Assembly (NCBI GenBank): GCA_964106915.2
Contig: OZ066914.1
Length of the DNA stretch: 64,000 nucleotides
Strand: one strand, 5' to 3'
Origin: Podarcis gaigeae
Lineage: Eukaryota
The translations under genes and the position numbers were made by a program. The number at the start of each line of letters is the position of its first letter. Position 1 is the stretch's first letter. Below are positions 48,047 to 59,661 of this stretch, piece after piece. Below the pieces are notes generated by a model. The model saw only the letters and a list, made by a program, of their open reading frames with translations. It was not told the origin of the DNA and made no database searches.

Positions 48047-51000
48047 GTAGGTGGAATACCTGGTGTCATTGGCATTTAAAGAATGTGGCATTCTTTAGCA
48101 TGACTGTGGCCTGTGGCTGGGTTATCTCAGGGGAGCCCAAATTCTGCAAAGCTGAGGGTGGCATCCCAGAAGCTCAAAGTTGTACTTGATGTGCATTATG
48201 TCAAGTAGATTGCAGCCATGCTTCTCTAAGCTGGTGGTATAGCCATCTTGGTAGCTTTCCAAACTGAATATGTGGCTTGGAAATTCCCTGGCAGAGCTCT
48301 GTGTGGACTTCAGCTTGCGGTCTTCACTTTGGGTGCCGCAGTTCTCATTTGATGCTTCACCCTGCCTTCTTTTTTTCTTGAATGGTGATGGGTGTACTAT
48401 CCATCAGGACATGTCTCCCAGGCAGTCATTACTGCTAACTTTCCCAATCGGAAATCTTTTGCGGGTGATTTCTTCTGCAGCTACGAGTTTGCAGGATATT
48501 GCATGACAGTGAAGTGTGATTTATCTTATTTGGAATCTATGCAGGATGGAGCTGTTGTTGCTTTATTCCCACTGTGGCATCATTCAGACACAAATCTTTG
48601 GCAGAACTTGGCCTTCATTATCCCCTGTGACCCAGCGGTAGGCTGAACCCATTGTTTGCTGAACAGCCTATGCAAGTACATTTGCCTGCCATTCTCTGTT
48701 TATTCCGTAGTAGGTCTTCCATTCTTCATCATCTCTTCTTGCAAGTGGTCACTGGCCTGCTGTATCTGCAGATCATGTCTCTGATTCTATGCTAATCATT
48801 TCTCCACCATTTTAGATGCAAGTAGATGGTTACTTTGAAACACTGACTAGTGTCAGTTCTCCACTGTGCTATTTTTCTAGAAGAAGAGGTGCCAGAACTC
48901 ATCATGAACACGTCCCTCGTTCTCTTATAATGGCAACCTGAGAGGTGCTGAAACTGAGTTGTGGCTGAAAAATGCCCCTGTTCTCCATCTCTAAATGTAG
49001 CCATTGACTTTTGGCTTCCTCAGGCATCTCTGCATATATCTAGAAGCTCTGTGAAGGTCACTTTGATCACAGAAGTGGTGTAGAGGAAGCACCTTGAACT
49101 GCCAAGAACCCTGAATTTTTTCAGCCTTGTTTATGATGACAAGACTGTTTTGTACCTTCAGAAATATAAATGCCCTAGACAAAGAGGTGCTGGCTCTTAA
49201 CTATACCACCATTGCTTTCATTTCTTTGCCTGCGTTATGTCTCAAGCCATTTCCCCGATCACTTTAAGGGTCATGTCATCAACTTGATAGTGCAGGAAAA
49301 GGAGCAGCCGTAGACTTCCTGTTTAATCAAGAGATGTGACAACTCACTGTGTTATTTGCAACATGCAGTTCTCCACATTCTGCATTCTGAGAACTTCTCT
49401 GAGGCTTTTTAAACAATCTGTTGTTTCCTTACTCACTTAGGTTAATTTAGATGTATTTCCCCCCGCTACATGGAAAGAATCCCTGCTATGGGAAGTGCGG
49501 TTGTTAACCAGAGTATTTTCAGAGGAATAAAAGAACTGCTGCACGTCCAACAATGTGACGTGGACATGTTTTCCTAGATGGCGAGAATGTCAGTGTGTAT
49601 GTGTGTGTCTGTGTGAATTATAAAATGGTGCTGTGTTATAACCTAGGGTATTTTACACTTTTTACTGCAATAGCAGAACATTTCTAATTAAATGGGCTGC
49701 CATGTGCAGATGAGTACTGTAATTCCACACCTGAGGCATTAATCAGGTCATAAAAAAATACCTTTTCTCATTTGATTTGCATAGAAACTTGACACATGGG
49801 TTATTGTTTCATAGTGTTCCTGAAGTTTATCACACTTTGGACTTGTTGCTCAAATTTCAAATGGCCTGGACATTTTTCTAGATAATGCACAACATGGAAG
49901 TGCTTTAGTTTATTTGAAGATAGTCTTGTAGAAGTTGTTGTCATTGTTAGCTTTGCAGCTGTACCTGGTAACAACAGGGCCACACACCACAACTGTGCAG
50001 TGCAATTTCTAGTGCATACAATGTTTTACGGTTCAACACCAGCAGGGGCTTTATTTCAGATTTAAGCAGGAGCTTTTATGATAATTACAGCTAACCTGTT
50101 TGGGACAAAGGTGGCTGAATAATTGTTTACTGTTGGGTGCATGCTGAATGCTCCCTGCATGGACTGATGGGACTCTATCTAGTTGTGTCATATAAGAATA
50201 GTCTTAGGGTGCATATTTGCATTTAATGGAATGTTATGCTACCTTACCTAGAGCTTGGTCTAGAAGTAGAAGCCTGTAGAAACAAGCCTTGCTTAGTCTA
50301 TGAGAAACAAATAGAACAATCAGGAGATGAGCTAGAAAGAATCAGTGACTATTAAGAGGCTTCATCACTTGATTTGAGATTGCATATGGGATACTTACTT
50401 CAGGTAACCAGAAGCTTGTGGGGCAAGTGTAACCATAAACTGGCTTTTAATTGTCCAGGTCCTGAGGAGCTAGGTTTGACCTGAAGTTGTAGTCTTTTCC
50501 AACTTTAAGACCTTGAAGTGGAACCATAGTTATATGTGTTCCTTTCTCTTGACACTTACAGGTGGCAGTTTGGAGATCCATCCTAAATACCCCATCTGCC
50601 TGATGTTGTTTTCTGACCCACCAGTTGGAAAATGCTGCTCTAAAGCAGTGGATGTCAATATAGTTTGATCTTGCATTGTGTTCTATTTATACACTGCCAA
50701 GTTTTAAAAATCAATTTCTCAAAAACATCTGCACAGGACTAATTATCATAAAATGTTGCATTGGTGAAAGTGACTACTATAATTCCACACCTGAGTTATT
50801 AATCTATTCAGTTTCTTTTCCCATTTTCCATTACAGAAATTCACATTGTCTTTGTCAAAGGAAGATTCTCCATTTCTTAATAGAACAGCTGTGGTTTGCA
50901 GAGTCAACAGATACTACCATTCAGGTCTTGCCACTCAGATTTCTTTGGGCAGGAGCATTTCTTCTTCCAACCTGATTGGGTTTCTTTTCATGGTATATTG

Positions 51001-53860
51001 CACCATCATGCGTACCGGGAATTATTTTTGTTCTCATCAAAAAGGGGTGCAAGGCTGCAAAATATCTCATAGGAGCACCATTTTACTACATTGGTCACAA
51101 GATTGTGACACCATTCAATGTACTGCCAGGAGCATCTGCAATCTACTCCAGTGCGTACACTGGATGTGCGTACACACAGTTTGTGGCCATTGAATATATG
51201 GGAAGCTGTTTGGAAGTCCCTTGGTTAGGTACTCTATTTTTGGGCAACCGTGGGATAAACTGTTGGACATTGGTCTTGTGATCTGGCTGTAGTTTTGTAC
51301 GGTTGTTCCAGATGACCTCTGCATTGCTCTTCTTTTTTTTCTGTCTCTGGTGGGTGCCATGTTGTCCTGCAATGTCTTCTACCTTCGCATGCTTCACATG
51401 TGTTCATGTGATGGTATATCATCCTTGCATCCCCATGGCATTTACCTGGTGCTCCCCCTCTACCTTAAGCATGTCCTTGACTTCCCGCGCTGCAGCTGTT
51501 TGCATATTTTTTTTGGGTGGGGGTGGAGTAAGCTTTATAGCTACAAAATCTCTGTTTATGTGTTGAAGGAAGTCAAATGAGAAGAGGAAAATAGGCAGGA
51601 TGAAGGGAAATCTCTTATTATGGTTAGGGTTTTAGGTGGGTAGAGTAGCATACTAGATACATAGCTTAGTTGACTCTTTCTGTTCCTGTGATGTGCAGAT
51701 TGTCATTCCTTTTGTGTATATACAACATACTAGAGACTGCCACTCCTACTTTCTCTGCTCTGTGAAGCAAAACATTAAAAGATGTATCTATGACTTTTAG
51801 TTACTTCCCTCTCATGAAGGCATTTGATTTTTTTGGATCATGGGTTATAGTTGGTATATTTAAAGCTTTTCTACCTTGCTTTTTAGTAAAAAAAAAAAAA
51901 AAAAAGCTAGTAGAGCAGCTTACCCTAGAGATCAATAAAAACAAGACTGTCCCTGCTTACTTTCTTAAAAACACAGAGAAAGGGAGAGAGAAAGTGATAA
52001 GTAAGGAAGAGGAAAACATGTAAAGTCTGGCACCAGATTGTAAAGTTACAAAGCTATTATGAAGACCAACTGGGATAGCAAGGGTCCAGGGAGAAGAAGA
52101 GCCAAAAGGAGCTAGTTCCTTAGAGTTTATGGAATGGTCCTGGTTTCCATCTCCCTCATTTGTAACTTAATGGAATGGTTGCTGCTAAGTGACACTTGAG
52201 GGTAGAGGGAAGACCAAAGGGTTGCCTTCTAAATTAGATAAATCTTTATCACCCATGAATGAGTTTTATTTACCATCCAGTATGTGTACTGAACAGACTT
52301 CATGCTTTTTGTTCTTTTGAGTATGTAGAACTCACAGAATCCTGGGGCCATCTTCCTTATTTTATTTTACTTTTTAAAAAACAAAACTCTATTCCCTTCT
52401 GAGCCTCGATTAAATATAAAGTGGGCTGGTAGTGGTAATAAATGTGAGGTAAAGGTAATAAATGATGGTGGCTGACTTTGCAGCATGGAAGGTGTACATT
52501 TTTAACATCTTCAGTGTTATGATACTGAAAGCCCCAAAGAGCTTTGTGGCACAATCTAGTCCCTCCTCATATGCAGAAATGTGTACCTTTGCACACATAG
52601 GAGATGGTCATTGGTACACAATTTCTTCCTCATGGGTACAGGTTTGTGTGCGTGAAGAGATTGATCCTGAGAGAGGGTGATTCAGACCAAAATTTATTGT
52701 AGCATGAATGTTCTTAGAATAGAGCTAACATTGTCAAATGCAACCAGCTGCTGATGAGGTAACTTCTAGTGAGAAGTCCATGATCAACCAGAGCATTTAA
52801 TGGCCATTCATTAATATGACCCGCTTCCTTCTACAATTTTGTCTTACTTATCAAATGCTTTTAGCTCCGCTCATTGTAAGTAGACAAAGAGGCAAGACCT
52901 GTGTTTATGCGTTGTTCTACTGATGTCATTATTACTGCTCTCAGCCATAGATTATTGCAAAGGCTTTTACTGTTGTCATAAATTTCACATTAGTGGTAAT
53001 TTCACTGTCACGAAATAACCAGAAAAAACCCATGGTAAGGCATTTATTGGACTTTCATGTGACAAGAGCTATATATCACTCCCAGGCCTAGTTTGTAACA
53101 CTGCTGAAGCAGACTTACTAGGTCATCTGCCTCATTTCGGACTGGGGAAGAAGTTAAAGATTATTTTACAGAGTATTTGTTCCAGGCTGATAGCACAAAA
53201 TCTTGTGCTTCTGCAGTTTGCTGGTGGCTTCTTCTCACAGCTGATTCGCTTTCTGATCCATAGTGTTTCAGGCCAATTCGTCATTGTGCAGTCCTTGATT
53301 TTGTTTGTGTTCTAGTTCTTTCCTTATCTACAAGGACAGCAGGTGGTATGGAACTGTGGATACACTGGGGGGAAATGATGGACAAGGCCAATACTTTGTA
53401 AAGGATCAGTGACCTTTTCTCTGAATGTTTGTGGGGGATGTATGGTCTTTCCTCCCCTCTCCACCTTGGAATCATAAACCTCAGCAATGCTTACTAGAAT
53501 AACCCTGTGGATACTCTGCTCCTCAGGGGGTATTTTAGGCTATTTCCTGCTTGAGAATCATTTCAAATTGTCTGCTCGTGATCCAAGAGTATGTGCCCCT
53601 CATAATTTCTTTTCATCATGCCTTGCTCTATTCCACTTCTCACCCTTGGGTCCTCTCAAAATGCAGCCTTCTCTCCATACTGGTGAAGTTTCATGTTGCA
53701 TTGTTATCTTTTTTGACAAAGCAGAGCCTTTGAACTTTCCACTAGTATCACCTTGGAATAGTTGAGTACTCCACAAGCAGTGCTCCATTATTTGCCTATT
53801 GTGGTGTCTTCATGCTTTGTCTTTCAACCTGCTGTGATGTGTGGCATTTTTTGTCCTCAG

Positions 53861-53948
53861 GTGACGACAAGTATGGGCGGAAAGTAATTCTGTTCAGTGC
53901 CTGCCGGATGCCTCCCAGCTATCAGCTTGATCATGTGAAACTGCTGAG
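53861..53948 (+). CDS. ARHGAP1: ARHGAP1 exon 4
   Basis: [29 protein letters not shown]; 88 nt. Confidence 0.96.
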
Positions 53949-54268
53949 GTGAGTGCTGCTGGAGCGAACCACCTGCTTTGGTGAAGATTAGACCTGAGAC
54001 TCTCCCCTGATCATTCAAATCTGTAATGATTTTGACTACATGAATTTGGGTACCAATTAACCCCCAACTAAGATATAAGCCAAAATTCCTTAAGCACTTG
54101 GTTAGGAGTGCCCTTCATCAATCTGACCCCACCCTCTGGCTGTATATTCACTACCTCTGTGCCTGTGTTACCTATATTACTTTCCTTATGCTGTGACTGC
54201 AGGAGGCAAAGAAGCAAATACGTTTTTTTTTAAAACTCTGGAGCTTAGGTATGTCCATCTCTCCTCAG

Positions 54269-54400
54269 CTATTTGAAGTATACATTGGACCAGTATGTTG
54301 AGAGTGATTACACCTTAGTCTATTTGCACCATGGCCTGACCAGTGAGAACAAGCCATCCCTGAGCTGGCTGCGGGATGCCTACCGGGAATTTGACCGCAA
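54269..54400 (+). CDS. ARHGAP1: ARHGAP1 exon 5
   Basis: [43 protein letters not shown]; 132 nt. Confidence 0.97.
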
Positions 54401-54503
54401 GTAAGTGTGTGTGGCTGTGGATTTTGCAAGGGTCAAATTGCTGTGCGGGAACTTTTTTGGGTGAAAGGGTTGGCTTGGCTTCTCATCTTTCTCTCATTAT
54501 TAG

Positions 54504-54590
54504 ATACAAGAAGAACATCAAAGCATTGTACATTGTGCACCCAACGATGTTCATCAAGACACTGCTGATTCTCTTCAAGCCCTTGATCAG
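54504..54590 (+). CDS. ARHGAP1: ARHGAP1 exon 6
   Basis: YKKNIKALYIVHPTMFIKTLLILFKPLI (BCH motif); 87 nt. Confidence 0.97.
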
Positions 54591-55745
54591 GTAGGAAAGT
54601 GCAAAGGTACTTTGCTCTGTGGTGGAACTCGCTTTGGTATGAGGAGGAGTGGCTTCCTTAGGTTCCAAGTGGAGTTTTATCATCAGAATCCTGAGACTTT
54701 TTTGTTAAGTAGGTTGCTGGTAACTTGGGTATTTGTAAACACTTACTGTGATGACAGCATCTGATAACACCTTTCATTTAATTTTACATTTTTATCCATG
54801 TCCTTCCTCCATGAAGCTTGAGGGTAGCATGCATTGTTACCCACAGTTTTATCCTCATAACAACTCTATGAGATAGATTAGATTGAGAGAGAAAGTGACT
54901 CACAGTTGCAGGTTCAGATCCCCACTTTGCATCTCCGTGGCTTGTCAGTACACAAAATATTGGCTCTAATTTTTATAAGCTCTAATTTCTATAATGTGGG
55001 GCTCCTAGAGTGTTTGTTCATTGCAAGGATATGCATAGATGGCTCATCTTGTATATTCCATATCATTTTTAGACAGCTGTTGCTCACTGATGTCAGCTAT
55101 ATCCTGTCGTAGTTGCAAGAACCCCTCCATTTTCTGTCCAAAGCTTTCAGTGTGTGCCTTGAATTGCATTATATAGTCCTATGAGGTCAGAGGAAAGTGG
55201 GTATCATGTTCCTGCATACTCTTGATCTCTATCTGAGAGTGTGGAAATTGTCCTGCAGATTAGTACTTCACTGGAGCTTGTTGCTTCCTCTTTTCTGTCT
55301 AACTGAAGAATTAGGTTTGATAAACTTTGTTTCTGACTTATGCTGAGTGACTGACCCTGACATGCAGGTCCCTGCTTGCATTGTTGTCTTTTAGTTGGCT
55401 AATAGCCCAGACTTGCTTCAGATATTTCCTGGCCTCTGCCAGAGAATGAGGAGGAAATAACAAAGGACATAACTTGTATTGTCAGCAAAATCCCCAGGTT
55501 GAGGCACCAGAGAAGTACCTTTTAGCACATTGTCAGGCCTAGCTGGGGTATTTCAGTAATGGACAAATCCCTGCCTATGTGTTGGGGAACTGCAGAGTGG
55601 TGCAACTGGTACACAAGCATTGCCTCACAGTTCTCGGTACCATTTTTACCTCTTCATCTCATCTCTACAAGCCACCCACAGATGTACTAGTGCTGCTACT
55701 CTGCACCCTAATTTCTTTCTTACTGGTTTGTCACCTGTCTTGCAG

Positions 55746-55844
55746 CTTTAAGTTTGGACGGAAGATTTTCTATGCAAACTACCTGAGTGACCTGGAGGAG
55801 CATGTGAAACTGGAGCAGCTGGGTATCCCAAGCCAGGTGCTAAA
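55746..55844 (+). CDS. ARHGAP1: ARHGAP1 exon 7
   Basis: FKFGRKIFYANYLSDLEEHVKLEQLGIPSQVL; 99 nt. Confidence 0.97.
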
Positions 55845-56482
55845 GTGAGAGCATGTTTAATTATTTGCTGGTGTTTAATTTTACTGTTTACTGTTAGATT
55901 CTGATGGATTGTTTAATGTTGCTTTGTTTGACATAAGTTGTTTGTTTTAAAGTTATTGTGACTTTTTACATTGGATTAGATTGTTATTGTTTGATGTTTC
56001 ATTATGCTTTTATACCTGTTATTATTATTATTATCATCATCATTATCCACTTTGCCTACTAGCTTACCTTTTGTTTCTGTAGAGGAGGCTGTAACAGGGA
56101 GGAGAACAGGGTGAGCAGAGAGGGAGTGGGGTGGCGAAGGGACACTGGGAGTCTGACTTGTCGGCACATACAGTATGATGTTGTGAGCTGCTGAGATGGC
56201 TCTCTCCTCTGCATGGCTTGCTCTTTATTGTCATGTGACCCTCATAATGTTTCCCAAGAGGGAGTGTGGCTTCGGGCTAAAAAAAGGATCCTCGCTACTG
56301 ATGTAGCAGAAGTAGCTTGTAAGTACTTCTTACAAGAGGTAGCTTGTAACTAGCGTAGTGCCAGGGCCTCTGGGCTTGTGTTTACAGGCTAATGGGACAC
56401 TGGACACCAGCTTAGCACTTTTTGGTGTAGTTTAGAATGATTCCATACATACATACATGTTTGTGTCTGTCTCTCACTGTAG

Positions 56483-56590
56483 GTATGATGAATATCTGAG
56501 ATCCCTGCAGAAGCCCCCCCAAGTGCCTCAGAAAGTAACCCCACCACGCCCACCTCTGCCAAACCAACAGTTTGGAGTTTCTCTCCAGCA
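56483..56590 (+). CDS. ARHGAP1: ARHGAP1 exon 8 (proline-rich SH3-binding motif)
   Basis: YDEYLRSLQKPPQVPQKVTPPRPPLPNQQFGVSLQ; 108 nt. Confidence 0.97.
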
Positions 56591-56828
56591 GTGAGTATCC
56601 TCATCTTTTTTCTTTTCTTGGTGGACCAGTGATACCTATAGTCTATCTGTGGGTAGTTCTGGAAATGCTTTCCAATCATCTTGAATCGGCACCTGTGGTT
56701 AGCTTGACTTTTGCCAGCCTTGAGCTTTCTAGATCAGGGCCAGTGATACACTGGATATTATGTCTGAGTCAAAGATGTTTCTTTGGGGGAAGTGACAGGA
56801 AAAGTCTAAGCTTCTCCTTTCTCAACAG

Positions 56829-56905
56829 CTTACGGGAGAAGAGCTTGGATCAGAATCCCATTCCACTTGTGGTAAGGGAGACCATTGCCTATCTGCAGCA
56901 GCATG
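56829..56905 (+). CDS. ARHGAP1: ARHGAP1 exon 9
   Basis: LREKSLDQNPIPLVVRETIAYLQQH; 77 nt. Confidence 0.95.
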
Positions 56906-57292
56906 GTGAGTGAGCTAGGAAGAACCCTCTTCTGACTTGTCTTGTTGCTACATCCACTGTCCTTTGTCTCCCAACAGCATCCTTCTGTTGCATCAGCCTA
57001 GCCTTTTTAAGATGCCTTAGCACAGACTCATTCTTTTTCCACTGCCCATCTTACTATTTTTCTTGCCATTTGATTCTGGTCTTCAGAAAGACACAGCAAA
57101 ATTGAACACTAGGGAGCTGAGGGATTCTACTAACCTAATTCCCCAAGTGCCTTCTGCATAGCTGTTCCCATGCAAGTGTCCCTGTGCTTGTGGCTTTCAG
57201 GATGTCCTTGTCCTGTGATATTGGAAAGACTTGCTGTTATGTGTGGTAGGTCTTCCCTGAGACACTGCTCTTCTGTTTCTCTTTGTCCCCAG

Positions 57293-57370
57293 CTCTTAAC
57301 ACAGAGGGGATTTTCCGACGTTCAGCAAACACCCAGACAGTCAGAGAAGTTCAGCAGAAATATAATATGG
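57293..57370 (+). CDS. ARHGAP1: ARHGAP1 exon 10 (arginine finger)
   Basis: [26 protein letters not shown]; 78 nt. Confidence 0.97.
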
Positions 57371-57949
57371 GTAAGTGCCTGCATTAGGTTCCACAAGTCT
57401 GCTTAAGCTACTCCACTGCCCCTTTCCACCATTCTTTTTGTCTAGGCCCCAAATCTGCCCTTAGCACTTTGGACTTGTGCCTCCCACAACGTGCTTTAAC
57501 TTCTGAATAGATCTCTGTTTGAAACTTGGCTTGGAATCCAAGGAGTTTATTCCTTTTGACATAAACCTATTCCAGTCTAAATCTATACTCCCTGGATAAA
57601 GGAGGTGCTTAACCTTCCACAGCAATTATGTTTGATCAATGTATAATGTGTTTCCTCTGTTTCATCCTCTGGGGTGTGTGTCTCTCCATTTCCCTAATAT
57701 TTGCTGGAATCCTGTTGCTGGTATTTTTGAAGCAATTCTTCCAATGCTCCTAATGATTGCTGCTTTGGAGGAGGATTGAGTACCACTGATCCTTTTTTTT
57801 TTTTTTTTTGACAGTGTGTTTACCTGCTCCTGCCATGCTTCTGCCTCTAGTTCTGCCTGTCTTTGGATAAGTTCCTTATTCTGCCAGGTGGAGGGGGTTC
57901 AGCCCTGGTGCTCTAGTTATGGCTTTGAACCTATCCACTTTCTTACCAG

Positions 57950-58078
57950 GGCTGCCTGTGGACTTTGTGCAATATGAGGACGTGCACCTGCCGGCTGTGA
58001 TTCTCAAGACCTTCTTGCGGGAGCTGCCTGAGCCTCTCCTCACCTATGGTCTCTACAATGACGTCGTCAGTTTCTACA
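57950..58078 (+). CDS. ARHGAP1: ARHGAP1 exon 11
   Basis: [43 protein letters not shown] (RhoGAP [12 protein letters not shown] motif); 129 nt. Confidence 0.97.
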
Positions 58079-58221
58079 GTGAGTGGCTACCAAGAGTGTC
58101 CTGATCCCAAAGCAGAAAACTCCTCTAAATACGCTCTACCAAGAGTTGTGCTGTACTCTCACAGCAGATTGGCTGTATTACCCTTTCCCAGGGCAGCATA
58201 GTAAAAGTCCTAATTCTAGTA

Positions 58222-58428
58222 CAGTCATACCTTGGAAGTTGAACGGAATCCATTCCAGAAGTCTGTTCAACTTCCAAGCTCCTGCAGCCAATTGGAAGCT
58301 GCGGAAGCCCAATCGGACATTCGGGTTCCAAAGAACATTCACAAACCGGAACACTCGCTTCCGGATTTGCGGCGTTCAGGAGTCAAAACGTTTGACTTGC
58401 AAGGTGTTTGGGATCCAAGGTATGACTT
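58222..58428. mobile_element. Tc1/mariner (Tigger-like) MITE in ARHGAP1 intron 11
   Basis: TA followed by cagtcataccttgga ... tccaaggtatgact inverted termini. Confidence 0.75.
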
Positions 58429-58519
58429 TTTGAGGGCTTTTCCTCTGCAATCCATCTCTCCACATGAAAGCTAGGACTTTGCTTGCTGGTATAAATGCCC
58501 CACTTGCTTTCCTTTCCAG

Positions 58520-58623
58520 GTGTAGAGGAAGAAAAGCGTGTAGATATTGTTCGCAAAACACTCCAGAGTCTCCCGGAAGAAAATTACCAAGTGCTGTGTT
58601 CACTGATGTCCTTCCTTGTGCAG
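58520..58623 (+). CDS. ARHGAP1: ARHGAP1 exon 12
   Basis: SVEEEKRVDIVRKTLQSLPEENYQVLCSLMSFLVQ; 104 nt. Confidence 0.96.
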
Positions 58624-59223
58624 GTGAGCTGTCTCAAAGCATTTCTTTGCACAGCATATATGCAACATCTGAAATTCGCTGCCACAAGATACGGTGATAG
58701 GAACGGGCTTAAATGGCTTTCAGGCTGAATTAGGCTTTTCTCTCTTGTGAATTTGCGAACTATAGTGACTAAATGGCTCCTGTGTGTTCAGAAGCAGAGT
58801 ACATCTGGATACTTGATGCTGGGGACAGCCAATGGGGTGGGCTTGTTGTTGTTACACCCCACAAAAGGCTATGATTTACAGCATCTGTTTCACCATTTAA
58901 GTAATCTGTTAATGCTTTTCTCTGAAAGCTTGAAGCCTAAATGATTAAAGAAGGAGTTGGTGCAAAAGTAGGTTTTATTTCCATTAATCAATAGAAGAAA
59001 ACAGTTTCAGGCTAAAATTTCCAGCCTGTGAAGAAGCAAGAATGATTGCTGCCACATTTTAGTGTCTCGTCTGCAAGTTATCTCTTCATGCATGCTTTCT
59101 ATTCGATGTTCCTTTGTGTATAAGCCTAGAGCTCTTTAGAGGCAGATGGTGAGGAACTAGGAAGACAGAATCAAAATATATTTGTCTCTAAAGTGAAGTA
59201 TTTTCTTCCTCCCTCCTACATAG

Positions 59224-59403
59224 GTCTCAGCTAACAGCGACATCAACAAGATGACCAACACTAACCTGGCCGTTGTTTTTGGCCCAAACCTGCTGTGGGC
59301 CAAAGATGCAGCCATTACCCTCAAAGCCATTAATCCTATCAATATGTTCAGCAAATTCCTACTGGACAACCAGAGGGAGCTTTTCCAGAGCCTGGAGGCT
59401 TGA
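59224..59403 (+). CDS. ARHGAP1: ARHGAP1 last coding exon
   Basis: VSANSDINKMTNTNLAVVFGPNLLWAKDAAITLKAINPINMFSKFLLDNQRELFQSLEA*; NKM...NLAVVFGPNL motif. Confidence 0.97.
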   Translation, partial: VSANSDINKMTNTNLAVVFGPNLLWAKDAAITLKAINPINMFSKFLLDNQRELFQSLEA

Positions 59404-59448
59404 TTGAGAGCCTGTTTGTGCTGACACACCATGTGTCCACTGTGACCA

Positions 59449-59620
59449 CTTCCTTCCTTCCTTCCTTCCTTCCTTCCTTCCTTCCTTCCTTCCTTCCTTC
59501 CCCCTCCGCTTTTCCTTTCCACTTTATCTTGGAACCGTGGCCAAGCTTAGAAAAGCATAAGGTGATGAGTGAAAGAGGAGTAGGAGATGGTATTGAGAGA
59601 GTGTGTGTGTGCACATGTGC

Positions 59621-59658
<38 letters not shown>
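59449..59658. repeat. (TTCC)n (59449-59501) and (GA)n (59623-59658) microsatellites at the start of the ARHGAP1 3' UTR
   Basis: Direct read. Confidence 0.95.

Positions 59659-59661
<3 letters not shown>

Larger units (their letters stand above)
38866..59403 (+). other. ARHGAP1: ARHGAP1 (Cdc42GAP/p50RhoGAP) CDS span, 12 coding exons, 435 aa
   Basis: Exons total 1308 nt in frame: Sec14/BCH domain, proline-rich PPRPPLP, RhoGAP domain with the GIFRRSA arginine finger. Confidence 0.97.

Noticed and set aside
49680-50810. The repeated ...CACACCTGA module as box C/D snoRNAs
   Set aside because: CTGA is present but there is no RTGATGA box C or terminal stem at a suitable distance.
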